64,000 nt of DNA from Octopus sinensis (taxonomy: Eukaryota), in the NCBI RefSeq assembly GCF_006345805.1, contig NC_043024.1, positions 14,942,001-15,006,000 of the forward strand, read 5' to 3'. This document shows, piece after piece, positions 47,994-59,870 of this stretch. The notes below the pieces were generated by a model that worked only from the letters and a program-made list of their open reading frames with translations, was not told the origin of the DNA and searched no databases. Both the position numbers and the translations under genes were made by a program. Numbering within the stretch: the first letter of the stretch is position 1; every line of letters begins with the position of its first letter.

Positions 47994-48789
47994 GTGTAGA
48001 GAGATGTCCCTTTTGAGGCAGATATCAACAAAGCACTCAGTTTTAAATGAATCTGGTTAACAATATCCAACAATCAGACACCAATAAATGCAAGTAGAAT
48101 ATGCATCCAAGGTAATCCTTTATGTCTGATGAGAAGATCCAAAAATCATTTAGAGGAATTCTAAGAAATTCAGAGTAATAGACAACAAGAATACGGCTAG
48201 AGAAAATCGTGTAAATGTAGAATTCACCATGCAAAGCTGATGATAGTTTCTGTTGTATTAACAGAAGATGTCATTGAAATTTATATTTCCTTGGGTCATC
48301 CCATAAATCATGTGGTCTTTTTATACATCTTTTATTTTTCAAAGCTAAGATAAAAAAAGGTATTTTTTTAATCTAAAATATATTCTTTTTCGTTTTGCAA
48401 GATTCTTGATGTGAAACCGTGTATTGAAACAGATATTGTTGCATTTGGGGATGGTCATGTTGACAGTTTAGCCAATAAAAACACATGCACTATATATTTG
48501 GCGTTAATTTGCTTCAGCTTTATTTATTTTTACGTTAATCGTTAGTAAGGAGAGACACACAAATAAGAAAGAAGAAAGCAAAGGACCACTGATGAGGTCA
48601 CAGAAGTGTGATGAAGAACTCTGGCCAAAATACAATTAACGTAAAAATAAATAAAGCTGAAGCAAATTAACACCAAATATATAGTGTGTGTGTTTTATTG
48701 GGTAAACTGACAACATGACCATCCCCAAATACAACAATATTCTCCTTCATTTTCTACAATGCTCTTCCATCTCTCTGGTAGACTTGCAA

Positions 48790-49484
48790 AGCATCTCTAA
48801 CAAAATTCACTTGTCCATGACGAAAAATACTCCTCCAGTATTGTTCTGACCATGTCTACAGAATTCATATTTTTCTGTCCAAATGATTCTGAAGACTGCA
48901 GAATAAATGATAATCAGATGAGGCAATGTCTGGTGAATATGGTAGGTGGGGCATCGTTTCCCATTCAAACTCCTCCAGCCTTTGGAATGTCATCCTTACT
49001 GTATGTAGCTGAGCATTATCCTGATAGAAGAACGCCATTTGTCTTGAAACCAAAAAAATGGTCATTTTCCAATGACATACAAGTACCAATGACTGGTTGA
49101 ATGACCAAATTCATGCTTCCCTGCTAGTTCCTCAACACTTACAATGGGATTTTGTTGCACCAGGGTTTGCAGAACATCCTTGTCGAGCTCTACAGATCTT
49201 CCAAGAGGAGGCAAATCTTCTAGGCTGTAGTTTCCGGCTCAGAATTTCTGGAACCACCATTGACACTGGCTTTCACTTATTGTCCAATCCCCATATACTG
49301 AATTAATATTCCTCGCACTTTCCATTGCATTGTTGCCTTTATTGAACTCATAAAGCAAAATATGCTGAATATGCTCCTTTGTCCCTTCCATTATAGCTTT
49401 GAAAAAATAACTGATAAAATCGAACTGCACCTTTCAAAACTTGCACTAAGAATAAGAACAAGGTAAAATTAGTACATGCTTTTA
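48790..49484 (-). mobile_element. Degenerate mariner transposase
   Basis: EHIQHILLYEFNKG..ARNINSVYG..QWWFQKF (HTH) and QDNAQLHT..HLPYSPDIASSDYHLF (catalytic C-terminus); internal deletion. Confidence 0.85.
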
Positions 49485-49909
49485 TAGTAAATATATATAT
49501 ATATATGTATGTGTGTGTATACGTTTGTGTGTCTGTCCCCCCAACATTGCTTGACAACCAATGCTGGTGTGTTTACGTCCCCGTAACTTAGTGGTTTGGC
49601 AAAAGAGACTAATAGGATAAGTATTCCAAAGAATAAGTCCTGGGGTCGATTTGCTCGACTAAAGGTGGTGCTCCAGCATGGTCACAGTCAAATGACTGAA
49701 ACAAGTAAAAGAGTAATGAGTATTGTTTTGAATTAATCGTCCATTATCTCGTAGTCTTGAGATTTCAATGAGGTGGTCATTTATTTCTCAAATAACATTG
49801 TAGGGTAGGAGGGAGAGGCCAGACCTGGCCAGCTTGAACATAAAACAGATAAAATATTTGGGCCAGATGTGGCCAGTTTAAATGCTAAAGGGTTTAAAAT
49901 GATGATATC

Positions 49910-50360
49910 AATCATCATCATCGTTTAACGTCCGCTTTCCATGCTAGCGTGGGTTGGACGATTTGACTGAGGTCTGGCGAACCAGATGGCTGCACCAGAC
50001 TCCAATCTGATCTGGCAGAGTTTCTACAGCTGGATGCCCTTTCTAATGCCAACCACTCCAAGAGTGTAGTGGGTGCTTTTACGTGCCACCAGCACGAGGG
50101 CCAGTCAGGTGCTTTTTATGTGCCACCTGCACAGGAGCCAGTCCAGCGGCACTGGCAACGACCTCGCTCGAATGATTTTTCACGTGCCACCAGCACAAGT
50201 GCCAGTAAGGTGACACGGGTAACGATCACGCTCGAATGGTGTTTTGTATGTGCCATTGGTACGGAGGCCAGCTTGTTGCTCTAGCAGCAATCACGCTTGT
50301 ATGGTACTCTTAGCGCTCCACTAGCACGGATGCCAGTCATCGAATTTGATTTCGATTTTG
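49910..50360 (-). mobile_element. RTE 3' UTR fragment
   Basis: catcatcatcgtttaacgtccgc.. start and subrepeats. Confidence 0.75.
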
Positions 50361-51147
50361 ATATATTTTATATATATTTAATGATGAATTAACTGGTTAC
50401 AGTTGTTGGGAGGGGCACACAAGACCAGTTTATTGTGAGAAGAATGGATGGTGGTAATGTTGTATGAGTAAATATCATCAAAGCATTATGCAACATCATT
50501 TTTTTTGCTTAGTCTTGCCTCACATGGTGGGTGGCAAATATACTGCAACCTTTCAGTAATTATGTAGGTTGGTACCATTAATAAAGCAACTGGTTTAACT
50601 ATTTCCAGAGTCCAGTTTAATTTTATCGTCAAATCAGAATACCTAAGCAAGTGTACCCCACCCAGACATTTGTTTCTATATAACTTTCAAAGGCTATATT
50701 TTAAAGAAATTTTCTACAAATAGATGCAGGTGTGGCTGTGTGGTAAGAAGCTTGCTTCCCAACTACATGGTTCTGGGTTCAATCCCACTGTGTGGCACCT
50801 TGAGCAAGTGTTCTACTTTAGCCTTGGGCCGACCAAAGCCTTGTGAGTTGATTTCATAGACAGAAACTGAAGCAAGCCTGTCATATATATACAGAGTAAC
50901 AAAGATGTAGTAAAAATTCCTCATTGCGCCCCACCCCTACACGTTCAAATATGCTTGTGGCACGGGTTCGAATGCGTGTCACAGCATATTTGAACTGGTA
51001 ACAACACTGTATTTATACACGTCACTACTTAGCGCTCCCACAATGAAATAAAATTATGAGATATATGCCAGTATGTAATCTTTTACACATTAAATTCCGA
51101 TATAATCGTAATGTACATCATCTGAGAGGTAAATTGTAAAAACACTT

Positions 51148-51377
51148 GGCATTCTTTCGATATAACTCGACAAAACTATAACACTTCCGTGGAAGCAAAT
51201 GACAGTTCGATTCTGTTGTCTGCCTGGAAATTTGCGGATTTTACATACACACGTGAACAGGTAAGAACAAATATGCAAGGCTTGCTGGCATAATTTCGTT
51301 ATATCTATACTCCACAAACCACGGAAATACCCGAAGTGAAATGTCTCGACCTTGTCGAGCGATATCGAAGGAATGCC
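51148..51377. mobile_element. MITE, second copy of the GGCATTC family
   Basis: Interior near-identical to 31520-31764; flanks aaacactt / aaaaattt (6 of 8 match). Confidence 0.8.
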
Positions 51378-51690
51378 AAAAATTTCATTTTAAAAAATAT
51401 CAATTTTTCTGGAGGTTATAAGGAAAACAAATCGGTGGCGGTTGGAGACATGTGGAAGTTATGGCGTTGGATTTTGCCGAGTTCGTCCTTTCAAATTCAA
51501 AGTATTAATATAGAAAGATTACCCAAACAGATATACGTAAAACAAACCGTATACAATAAATATGTTTATATAGATGTAGTACTTACATCTGTAGAGAGAG
51601 ATTCAACGCAGAAAATGGGACAATAAGTTGAAGTTGGCAGAACTTACATCAGAATGGACAATGACAGTTTCGAAAGAGTCAACAAACGTT

Positions 51691-52098
51691 TGTAACGTGA
51701 AAGGATCTATCATCGAAGCACTGGCAGGGTGTCGAGATCCTTTCTAGTCACATACAAAAATTCTTGTAGAAAACAAACAGACGAAACTCAGGTTAAAGGT
51801 GAACAGACAACTTGGTTTATTGATTCATGGTTGTACGTTGTCTGATGGGGGAATAGACAGCCTCTGATATACTGCTGGTGTTGGTCGTTGAGGTTGGTTG
51901 AAGTTGGTGTGTGGCTGTCAGAGCCAGGAAAACCGTGACCGATCGCAGTGCTGTCTTGAGCCGAAGAGAGAGATTTGAGGTTCGCGGGCTCGAGAGATGT
52001 TTTCCCGCACATGCGCATGGGGAAGACTTCCGGTGGCCACCCGGAAGTAGTCCCATTCTGCGCATGCGCGCCGAACCCTACACTGTAGCATCACTACA
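51691..52098 (-). repeat. 3' LTR (408 bp)
   Basis: No difference from 56306-56713 found by eye. Confidence 0.95.
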
Positions 52099-52110
52099 GG
52101 GCTCCCCTCC
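52099..52110 (-). promoter_or_regulatory. Polypurine tract GGAGGGGAGCCC
   Basis: Immediately upstream of the 3' LTR on the minus strand. Confidence 0.8.
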
Positions 52111-52220
52111 GAGTGCGAAGTACGGCAACCAGAATATTGTGGTGGTGCTGCAGAAAACAGAAGGCTTGCCGATCCCCCAGAAGACTTGGTACATACTATT
52201 ACAATAAGAAACATTTAAAG

Positions 52221-55200
52221 TTAAATGTAAATTGTTTTTGAAAGTTTCTTGGGCCAATGCACTGTTCTGCCCGATTTTGTAACATACGGTGTGCTCGGGG
52301 CACCCGTTGACGGCGAGGGTGGTGTTGTAGGAGCCGGTGAAGGTGTTGTGCAGGTGAAGGCGTTTGTGCAGGTGAAGGCGTTTGTGCAGGTGAAAGTGTT
52401 GTTAAAGGTGCATAGGTGGGTGTGTCAAGGTTGTCATCAAAAGATGAAGACGTCTCAAAATGTGCTTTTTTAAACGGTCCACGGAAACGGTCTCCGAACG
52501 ACCATTTATCTCAATCGTGAAAACCTTGGTGTGCGAGAAAGCACACGAAAAGGTCCTTTATAGGAGAGAAACAAGTGGGCCCTTCACAGAATCGTCCCGA
52601 ACAAAAACATGCGACCAGGTGTTCATATCCGGTGGAAGATGGGACGGTGGAGATTGCTTTCTGGGAAGCATGGGCGGAAGGTTTGAAAAATACTCCCGCA
52701 GTCTGGTGACATAGGTCGCCGGATCATGGGGCGAAGGGAAGTGTCTGGCACCAACATCGTACCGGGCAATGCCAGTGTGGTACCATACAGCAGCTCTGCA
52801 GCAGAAAACCCCAGGTCTGCCTTGACAGCAGTCCGACAGCCGAGAAGCACAATGGGCAGAAATTCGATCCAGGACTGTGGGTCCGAAGAGGCACGAAGAG
52901 CGGCCTTGAGCTGTCTATGGAACCGCTCAACCAATCCATTAGACGCTGGATGGTAGCTTGTGGTGTGGATATGGTGCATACCCAAAATTCGCAACAATTC
53001 GCGAAATAGCGAGGCCTCAAACTGTCGTCCACGATCAGTTGTCAATCGGGACGGGACTCCGAAGCGAGAAATCCAGTTTGAAACGAAAGCTCGCGCAACA
53101 GTCTCAGCAGAAATGTCTGCTATCGGAATGGCTTCTGGCCAGCGGGAGAAACGATCGACACAAGTTAATAGATAAGAGAACCCGCGACTCACAGGCCATG
53201 GTCCAACCAGATCGATGTGGACATGGCGAAAACGGGCCTCCGTGGGGAAAATTGTCCAGCGGGCGACGAACGTGCCGTTGAATCTTGGATCGTTGACACT
53301 TGGAGCAGGTGCGTGTCCAACAAGTAATTGTGCGACGCATATTCGGCCAGAAAACCGAGCAGTGATTAGTTTGAGGGTGGCAGCGATGCCAGGATGTGAT
53401 AAGGAGTGCAGTGCTTCAAACACTGAGTGTGATGGGTCTCAGGCACCAGTGGCCTGGGAGATCCAGTTGAAGTGTCACAAAGAATGGTGCCTTCGGCTGA
53501 CGGAAGCGGAAGGTAGGAAAACTGGCAACTGGAGAACTTGGGAGAAGTTAAATCTAACGACGCCAAAGGTGGCTGCTCCTGCGATATGGCAGCTAAGTCG
53601 ATAGCAGCAGGAGACGAAAGGGCGCAAACTGGAAGGCGAGAGAGAGCGTCAGCAGGAACGTTCTCTTTTCCAGGTATGTGTCGAATGTTGCTAGTAAATT
53701 GAGAGATAAAATCCAGGTGCCGAAAAGCACGGGGTGAGAGTTTGTCCGTTTTTGAAAACAGGGCAAACGTAAGGGGCTTGTGATCCGTATAGATCACAAA
53801 ATCTCGCCCTTCAAGTTGATGCTGGAAATGACGAACCGATCGGTAGATAGATCGCTAGGAGCTCACGATCAAAGGTGCTGTATCGTCGTTCAGCTGGTTG
53901 CAGTTGACGGGAAAAGAAGGCTAGAGGTCGAACATGGTCATCCACTGTGTGTTGTAACACAGCGCCAATCGCAGTGTCCGATGCGTCCACAGTCAAAGAG
54001 AGAGAAGCACCAGGAACTGGATGTGCAAGCAAAGAAACAGAAGCCAGCTCCTTCTTAATGGACTCAAAGGCTGTCACTGCCTCAACAGAGAGGGTGACTT
54101 GACTGTCCTTCTAGGAGAGTCCTTTAACAGCCTGGTGAGAGGTAGCAGCTTATCTGCACAACCGGGAATGAAGCGTCGGTAGAAATTGACCATCCCTAGA
54201 TAATGCCTGAGGGCGCAAGGAAGTGGGGGGTGCGATGCGTTGAATGGCATCGACTTTTGACGAGAGGGGGCTGATTCCCGTTGAATCAATATGATGCCCT
54301 AGAAAATCTAGGGAAGAGCGTCCGAAAACACACTTGTCGGGGTTTATGCGTATGCTATACGCGCGAAGACGCTGGAAGAGTTGAGAAAGGTGCCGGAGAT
54401 GATTTTCTCGTGTGTCGCTCGCAATGAGTATGTCATCGACATAGGCAAACACAAAATCAAGACCGCGGACAACCTCATCAATGAAACGCTGGAAGGTGCT
54501 AGTAGCATTCCGCAAACCGAAACTCATGTAAAAAACTCAAAACACCCAACGGGGTAGTGATTGCAGTTTTTGGAACGTCGGCTGGGTTGACCGGTATTTG
54601 GTGGTAAGCGCGTATCAGATCGACCTTCGAAAAAATGGTACAACCATGGAGATTTGCTGTAAAGTCCTGGAGATTTCTAATCGGATAGCGATCGGCTATT
54701 GTGACGGCCTTGAGGCGCGTCGATAGTCTCCAACCGGGCGAAAATCAGACTCGCCCTTTCGCGCCAAATGAAGGGGAGATGCCCATGGGCTGGTGGAGGG
54801 GCGTATAAGGCCAAGTTGAAGCATGTGCTCAAACTCGGCTCTGGCCGTTTTAAGTCGGTCTGGCGCTAGGCGCCGGGGGCGTGAGAATACCGGTGGCCCA
54901 TTGGTGGTGATGAAATGGAGGGTCGAGTGGGTGGGATTTTCCGTTTAAAGGCAATGTCCACTAGCTCCGGAAATGAAACCAAAAGAGAGTGAAAAGGGTC
55001 TCCAGAGGTGGCAACAAAGAATGTCGGGCTAAGGACCGCAGTGGTGGAACTCCCAGTCGGTGTAGAGAGCGACGTCGTGCTATCAAGAAGCCTCCGACGC
55101 CTGACATCCACCAATAGGTTAAACCTATCCAGGAAATCAGCGCCGAGAATAGGATGTGGGATGTCAGCGATGACGAAAACCCATCGAAAGTCTCGACGAA

Positions 55201-55480
55201 GGTTGAGTTGAGGCGCAGCGAAATCTGACCGTAAGTGGTTATGGGAGACGAGTCAATAGCATGCAAGACAATCGAAGCGCTTCGGCTTGTCTGCAGCCAG
55301 ACGAAGGGGCCAGATGCTGCTGCAACAGGAGCCGGTGTCTACCATGAAGAATGTCTTCGACACCAGATCTTTTACATAGAATGCACGATGTTTGGGAAAC
55401 GAGATGGAAGAAGGTGACGTGCTCACCTCCTCCGGATTTAGTTTTCCGAGGGCTTGAAAGTGCACGGCTGGGTACACCGA
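52221..55480 (-). pseudogene. pol: pol (protease, RT, RNase H, integrase) with many frameshifts
   Basis: FMVDTGS (protease), MSFGLRNA..YVDDILIAS (RT), DASDTAIGAVL and IYTDHKPL (RNase H), [25 protein letters not shown] (integrase), split across frames. Confidence 0.9.
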
Positions 55481-55915
55481 TCTGCCCTTTTGGTAGAGCG
55501 ACTACGACTGCGTTGTCGGCGCTCGATCGCACGGGATAGATCGTCGATTCGCCGCGTGAGCGCATCAATCCGCTCGGCTAGTGAAATTTTCGCAGGGCCC
55601 CCTATACATGCACAGAGGCCTCGCGATGGAGATGGATTCGGAAATTCCAGTATTCCATCGGCCATCGTGGCAATCTGAATATTGCTCTCCCCCGAACGTG
55701 TGTTGCGGCGGAGGATTTCTGCTTTCACAGACGCGTATGTGGCATCCGGGTGGGGACTTATTATTAGATCCCTGATCGATGCGGCGAGTCGGGGATGTAA
55801 GCCGGAATATAGCAGGTGCAACTGCTGCTGTGGAGAAATGGCATGTGCATCAAAATACCACTCCACTTGGGCAAACCACAGGCCCATATCCCCGTAAATG
55901 AAGGCAAACCTGAAG
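55480..55915 (-). pseudogene. gag: gag, internally shortened
   Basis: LWFAQVEWYF..IRDLII..YASVKAEILRR joins almost directly to MADGILE; the middle of a typical Gag appears absent. Confidence 0.7.
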
Positions 55916-56285
55916 CCATGCCTTTGTCGGAAGGAATCTGTGAGAAGGGGGCAGAAGGTATGGTCTAGAAGTGGAGAGAGAACACGTGGAACCGAGAAGG
56001 CAATTCAAAATTGTGTTTGTGTGTGCACCTCGTGGGTAGCAAAAAAAGGAATAGGTGTGTACAAGGAAAACAAAATACAGAAAAGGAAAAAAAAAATGAA
56101 TGTGTGTGTGTTTTCTTTTTTCTTTGGTTTTTTTTTTTTTTGTACTGTGTGCGATGAATAAGGCTATTTGACCCACCTCGCCGTGCTGAAAAGGAGAAAA
56201 TAGGAAAATAAATGTGAATTTCCGCGCTCTTCGGCCCCAAAAAAAAAACCTGTTCGCTGTGTCTTTTTCTATCCTGTTCTTTTTC

Positions 56286-56303
56286 ATCACGTCGGGGTCA
56301 CCA
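56286..56303 (-). promoter_or_regulatory. Primer binding site complementary to tRNA-Trp(CCA)
   Basis: Plus strand ATCACGTCGGGGTCACCA equals the 3' 18 nt of the common metazoan tRNA-Trp; lies 2 nt from the 5' LTR. Confidence 0.85.
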
Positions 56304-56305
56304 AT

Positions 56306-56713
56306 TGTAACGTGAAAGGATCTATCATCGAAGCACTGGCAGGGTGTCGAGATCCTTTCTAGTCACATACAAAAATTCTTGTAGAAAACAAACAGACGAA
56401 ACTCAGGTTAAAGGTGAACAGACAACTTGGTTTATTGATTCATGGTTGTACGTTGTCTGATGGGGGAATAGACAGCCTCTGATATACTGCTGGTGTTGGT
56501 CGTTGAGGTTGGTTGAAGTTGGTGTGTGGCTGTCAGAGCCAGGAAAACCGTGACCGATCGCAGTGCTGTCTTGAGCCGAAGAGAGAGATTTGAGGTTCGC
56601 GGGCTCGAGAGATGTTTTCCCGCACATGCGCATGGGGAAGACTTCCGGTGGCCACCCGGAAGTAGTCCCATTCTGCGCATGCGCGCCGAACCCTACACTG
56701 TAGCATCACTACA
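56306..56713 (-). repeat. 5' LTR (408 bp)
   Basis: No difference from 51691-52098 found by eye. Confidence 0.95.
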
Positions 56714-57054
56714 CGTTGATTTATATTTTTCAGTTCAACATAATAAATAATGCTGAACCTATTATTCTACACTGTTAATTACGAATCATTTAAATTTAAC
56801 TGGATCCTATTAAATGTCAGTTGTAAAGTGGAACTGTTCAATTAATACAGATACGTATGAAACAAAAGCAGGCAATAACGATTAATTGGGAAAATTTAGC
56901 AATTAGCGGACAGGGGAAATAACTCTACTTTGAAACTTAACCTTAAACGGCAGAAATGTCAAATAGGCGAAAAAAAAAAAAAATCTTTTTCTTAATGGTA
57001 ATTCTTTCAATATATATTTTCTCTTTAAACAAATACAAAAAACTATTGTTAGTC

Positions 57055-57625
57055 GGATCTTTTCCTTTTGAACGGCACTTTTCAACACAATTTCTAGTTA
57101 ACTAAACACTTTTAAACTTCGTATACTGGTAGAATGTGTTTTAAAACATCATTTTTTCTTGGTTTTATTGAGAAAATTCTATAGTTTGTAAGATATTTCG
57201 TCTGAAATTTCGAGCATTTCGGCAATTTCCCATTTTCCGTAGCGGAGTCGTATGAAATTGTCACCCATAATTATAACCCTAGTATCGATCTATTGCATTT
57301 CAATCTATTTTAGATTTATGGTGAGAGTGAGGGGTGGGGGAAGGGTTTTTTTTCTTCGCAAGTGTAAATAAACCCAATCTGTTTCTTAAACGAAGGACAT
57401 ATTCATACAGCATGGTATGTTTTCACCCCAAATGGAGGTCAGCGATTGGTTAAAATTGCTGAAATGCTCGAAATTTCAGACGAAATATTTTACAAACTAT
57501 AGAATTTTCTCAATAAAGCCAAGAAAAAAATGTTTTATAAACACATTCTACCAGTATATGAAGTTTAAAAGTGTTTAGTTAACTAGAAATTGTGTTGACA
57601 TCTGCCGTTCAAAAGGAAAAGATCC
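57055..57625. mobile_element. Fold-back element with ~173-bp inverted arms and a 26-bp flanking direct repeat
   Basis: GGATCTTTTCC .. GGAAAAGATCC termini; acaaatacaaaaa[a/c]ctattgttagtc at 57029-57054 and 57626-57651. Confidence 0.8.
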
Positions 57626-58140
57626 ACAAATACAAAAACCTATTGTTAGTCTCTTGCCCCATAAAATTTACAATGTCATTATCAAAAAGTGTCGTAAAAT
57701 ATTCACTTTGCATCCAGCAGGATCATCACCATCATCAAACCCATTGGATGATGAAGGAAAGTCATAAAAAAATTTTGCTGTATAAATCTCGAATTTGTGA
57801 TTTTATTTTGTCGGATGCAGCCCGGAATTTTGTCAGTGAACAGGTCGCGGTCTCAAAGCAACGAAAATATTTTGGCAAATTAAATTTAAATGTTGAAGTG
57901 AATCTAACGGTTTTGTGTGTTTCTTAAATGGCATATAAACACCTTCCACGCTGCGATTTTATCTCTCTCTTTGATAAGAGCCATTTTCGTTTACTTAAAG
58001 GGTCACTTTAATGAAGTAGACACACGGACATCAGTTATTGATGGCCGTACAATTTAGAAATTTTTGAAACATAAATTGATGATGCCCTCTATTTAAGGCT
58101 TAAATATGCCCTAGTACACTTTATATAGTTCAGGGCCTAA

Positions 58141-58903
58141 CTCTTTTACTTGGTTCAGTAATTTAACTGTGGCCATGCTGGAGCATCGCCTTTAGTCGAG
58201 CAAATCGACCCCAGGGCTTATTCTTTGTAAGCCTAGTACTTATTCTATCAGTCTCTTTTGCCGAACCGCTAAGTTACGGGGACGTAAACACACCAGCATC
58301 GGTTGTCAAGTGATGTTGGGGGGACAAACAGACACACAAACATATACACACACATACATATACACAGATATACGACAGGCTTCTTTCAGTTTCCGTCTAC
58401 CAAATCCACTCACAAGGCTTTGGTCGGCCCGAGACTACAGTAGAAGACACTTGCCCATGGTGCCATGCAGTGGGACTGAACCCGGAACCATGTGGTTTGT
58501 AAGCAAGCTACTTACCACACACCCACTCCTTCGCCTATGTGGTAAGTAGCTTGTTTACCAACCACATGGTTCCGGGTTCAGTCCCACTGCGTGGCACCTT
58601 GGGCAAGTGTCTTCTACTATAGCCTCGGGCCGACCAAAGCCCTGTGAGTGGATTTGGTAGACGGAAACTGAAAGAAGCCCGTCGTATATATGTATGAGTG
58701 TGTGTATGTCTGTGTATGTCCTCCTAGCATTGCTTGACAACCAATGCTGGTGTGTTTATGTCCCCGTTACTTAGCGGTTTGGCAAAAGAGACCGATAGAA
58801 TAAGTACTGGGCTTACAAAAGAATAAGTCCCGGGATCGAGTTGCTCGATTAAAGGCGGTGCTCCAGCATGGCCGCAGTCAAATGATTGAAACAAGTAAAA
58901 GAG
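58141..58903. mobile_element. Head-to-head SINE family A pair
   Basis: 58141-58535 (minus) and 58538-58903 (plus), separated by TA. Confidence 0.9.
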
Positions 58904-59011
58904 TATTTATTTTATTATAAATGCAAAACAACACCACAGAGGAATCAACGTAAACTTAAATAATAAATCACAATAGGTGAACCATGGTGAGGGATAACTG
59001 TGTGTATATAT

Positions 59012-59045
<34 letters not shown>

Positions 59046-59051
59046 CACAGT

Positions 59052-59437
59052 GGAGGCGCAATGGCCCAGTGGTTAGGGCAGCGGACTCGCGGTCGTAGGA
59101 TCGCGGTTTCGATTCCCAGACCGGGCGTTGTGAGTGTTTATTGAGCGAAAACACCTAAAGCTCCACGAGGCTCCGGCAGGGGGTGGTGGTGATCCCTGCT
59201 GTACTCTTTCGCCACAACTTTCTCTCACTCTTACTTCCTGTTTCTGTTGTACCTGTATTTCAAGGGGCCGGCCTTGTCACTCTCTCTGTCACGCTGAATA
59301 TCCCCGAGAACTACGTTAAGGGTGCACGTGTCTGTGGAGTGCTCAGCCACTTACACGTTAATTTCACGAGCAGGCTGTTCCGTTGATTCGGATCAACCGG
59401 AACCCTTATCGTCGTAACCGACGGAGTGCTTCCATCC
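59052..59437 (+). mobile_element. SINE family C
   Basis: tRNA-like head with A/B box-like motifs. Confidence 0.85.
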
Positions 59438-59449
59438 ACATATACACAG

Positions 59450-59870
59450 AAAGGGAGATGTTGGGATATAAAAGGGGAAAAATGGAGCTACAGTGAGAGG
59501 GGCATGATGGTAGAAATGAGAAGACATTGAGGAATGATAACAGATAAGGGAGGTGTTAAGAATGGGGTGTAGCAGAAGAGAGAAAGAGAGAGAGTTGGGG
59601 GAGACAAAGATGGGAAGAGAGAGAATGAGAAAGAGGAGAAAAGGAAAGAGATGGAGAGACAAAGAGAAGCAGAGAGAGAGAGATGCGGAAATGAAGAGGG
59701 GAAGAGACTGATGGGGAGACGAAGAAGGAGATGGGGAGAAAAAGAGGGGAAGAGAGAGAGATGGGGAGAAAAAGATGGGAAGAGAGAGGAGAAAGAGATA
59801 GAGAGGAGAAAAAAAAGAGAGAGAGGAGAAAAAAAAGAGAGAGAGAAAGCACTTGAGGAGATGATTCTGT
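59450..59870. repeat. GA-rich low-complexity tract
   Basis: Nearly pure purine on the plus strand. Confidence 0.8.

Larger units (their letters stand above)
51691..56713 (-). mobile_element. Ty3/gypsy LTR retrotransposon, complete termini, defective interior
   Basis: TG..CA LTRs, 4-bp TSD CGTT (51687-51690; 56714-56717), PBS, PPT, order gag-PR-RT-RH-IN on the minus strand. Confidence 0.95.

Noticed and set aside
51640-51690. GAAAC-TGTC hammerhead-like half site next to the LTR
   Set aside because: No CUGANGA box or stem I, even after removing the LTR element.
52330-52400. 18-bp tandem repeat (gtgcaggtgaaggcgttt)
   Set aside because: Low-complexity Pro/Ser/Ala linker in the integrase tail.
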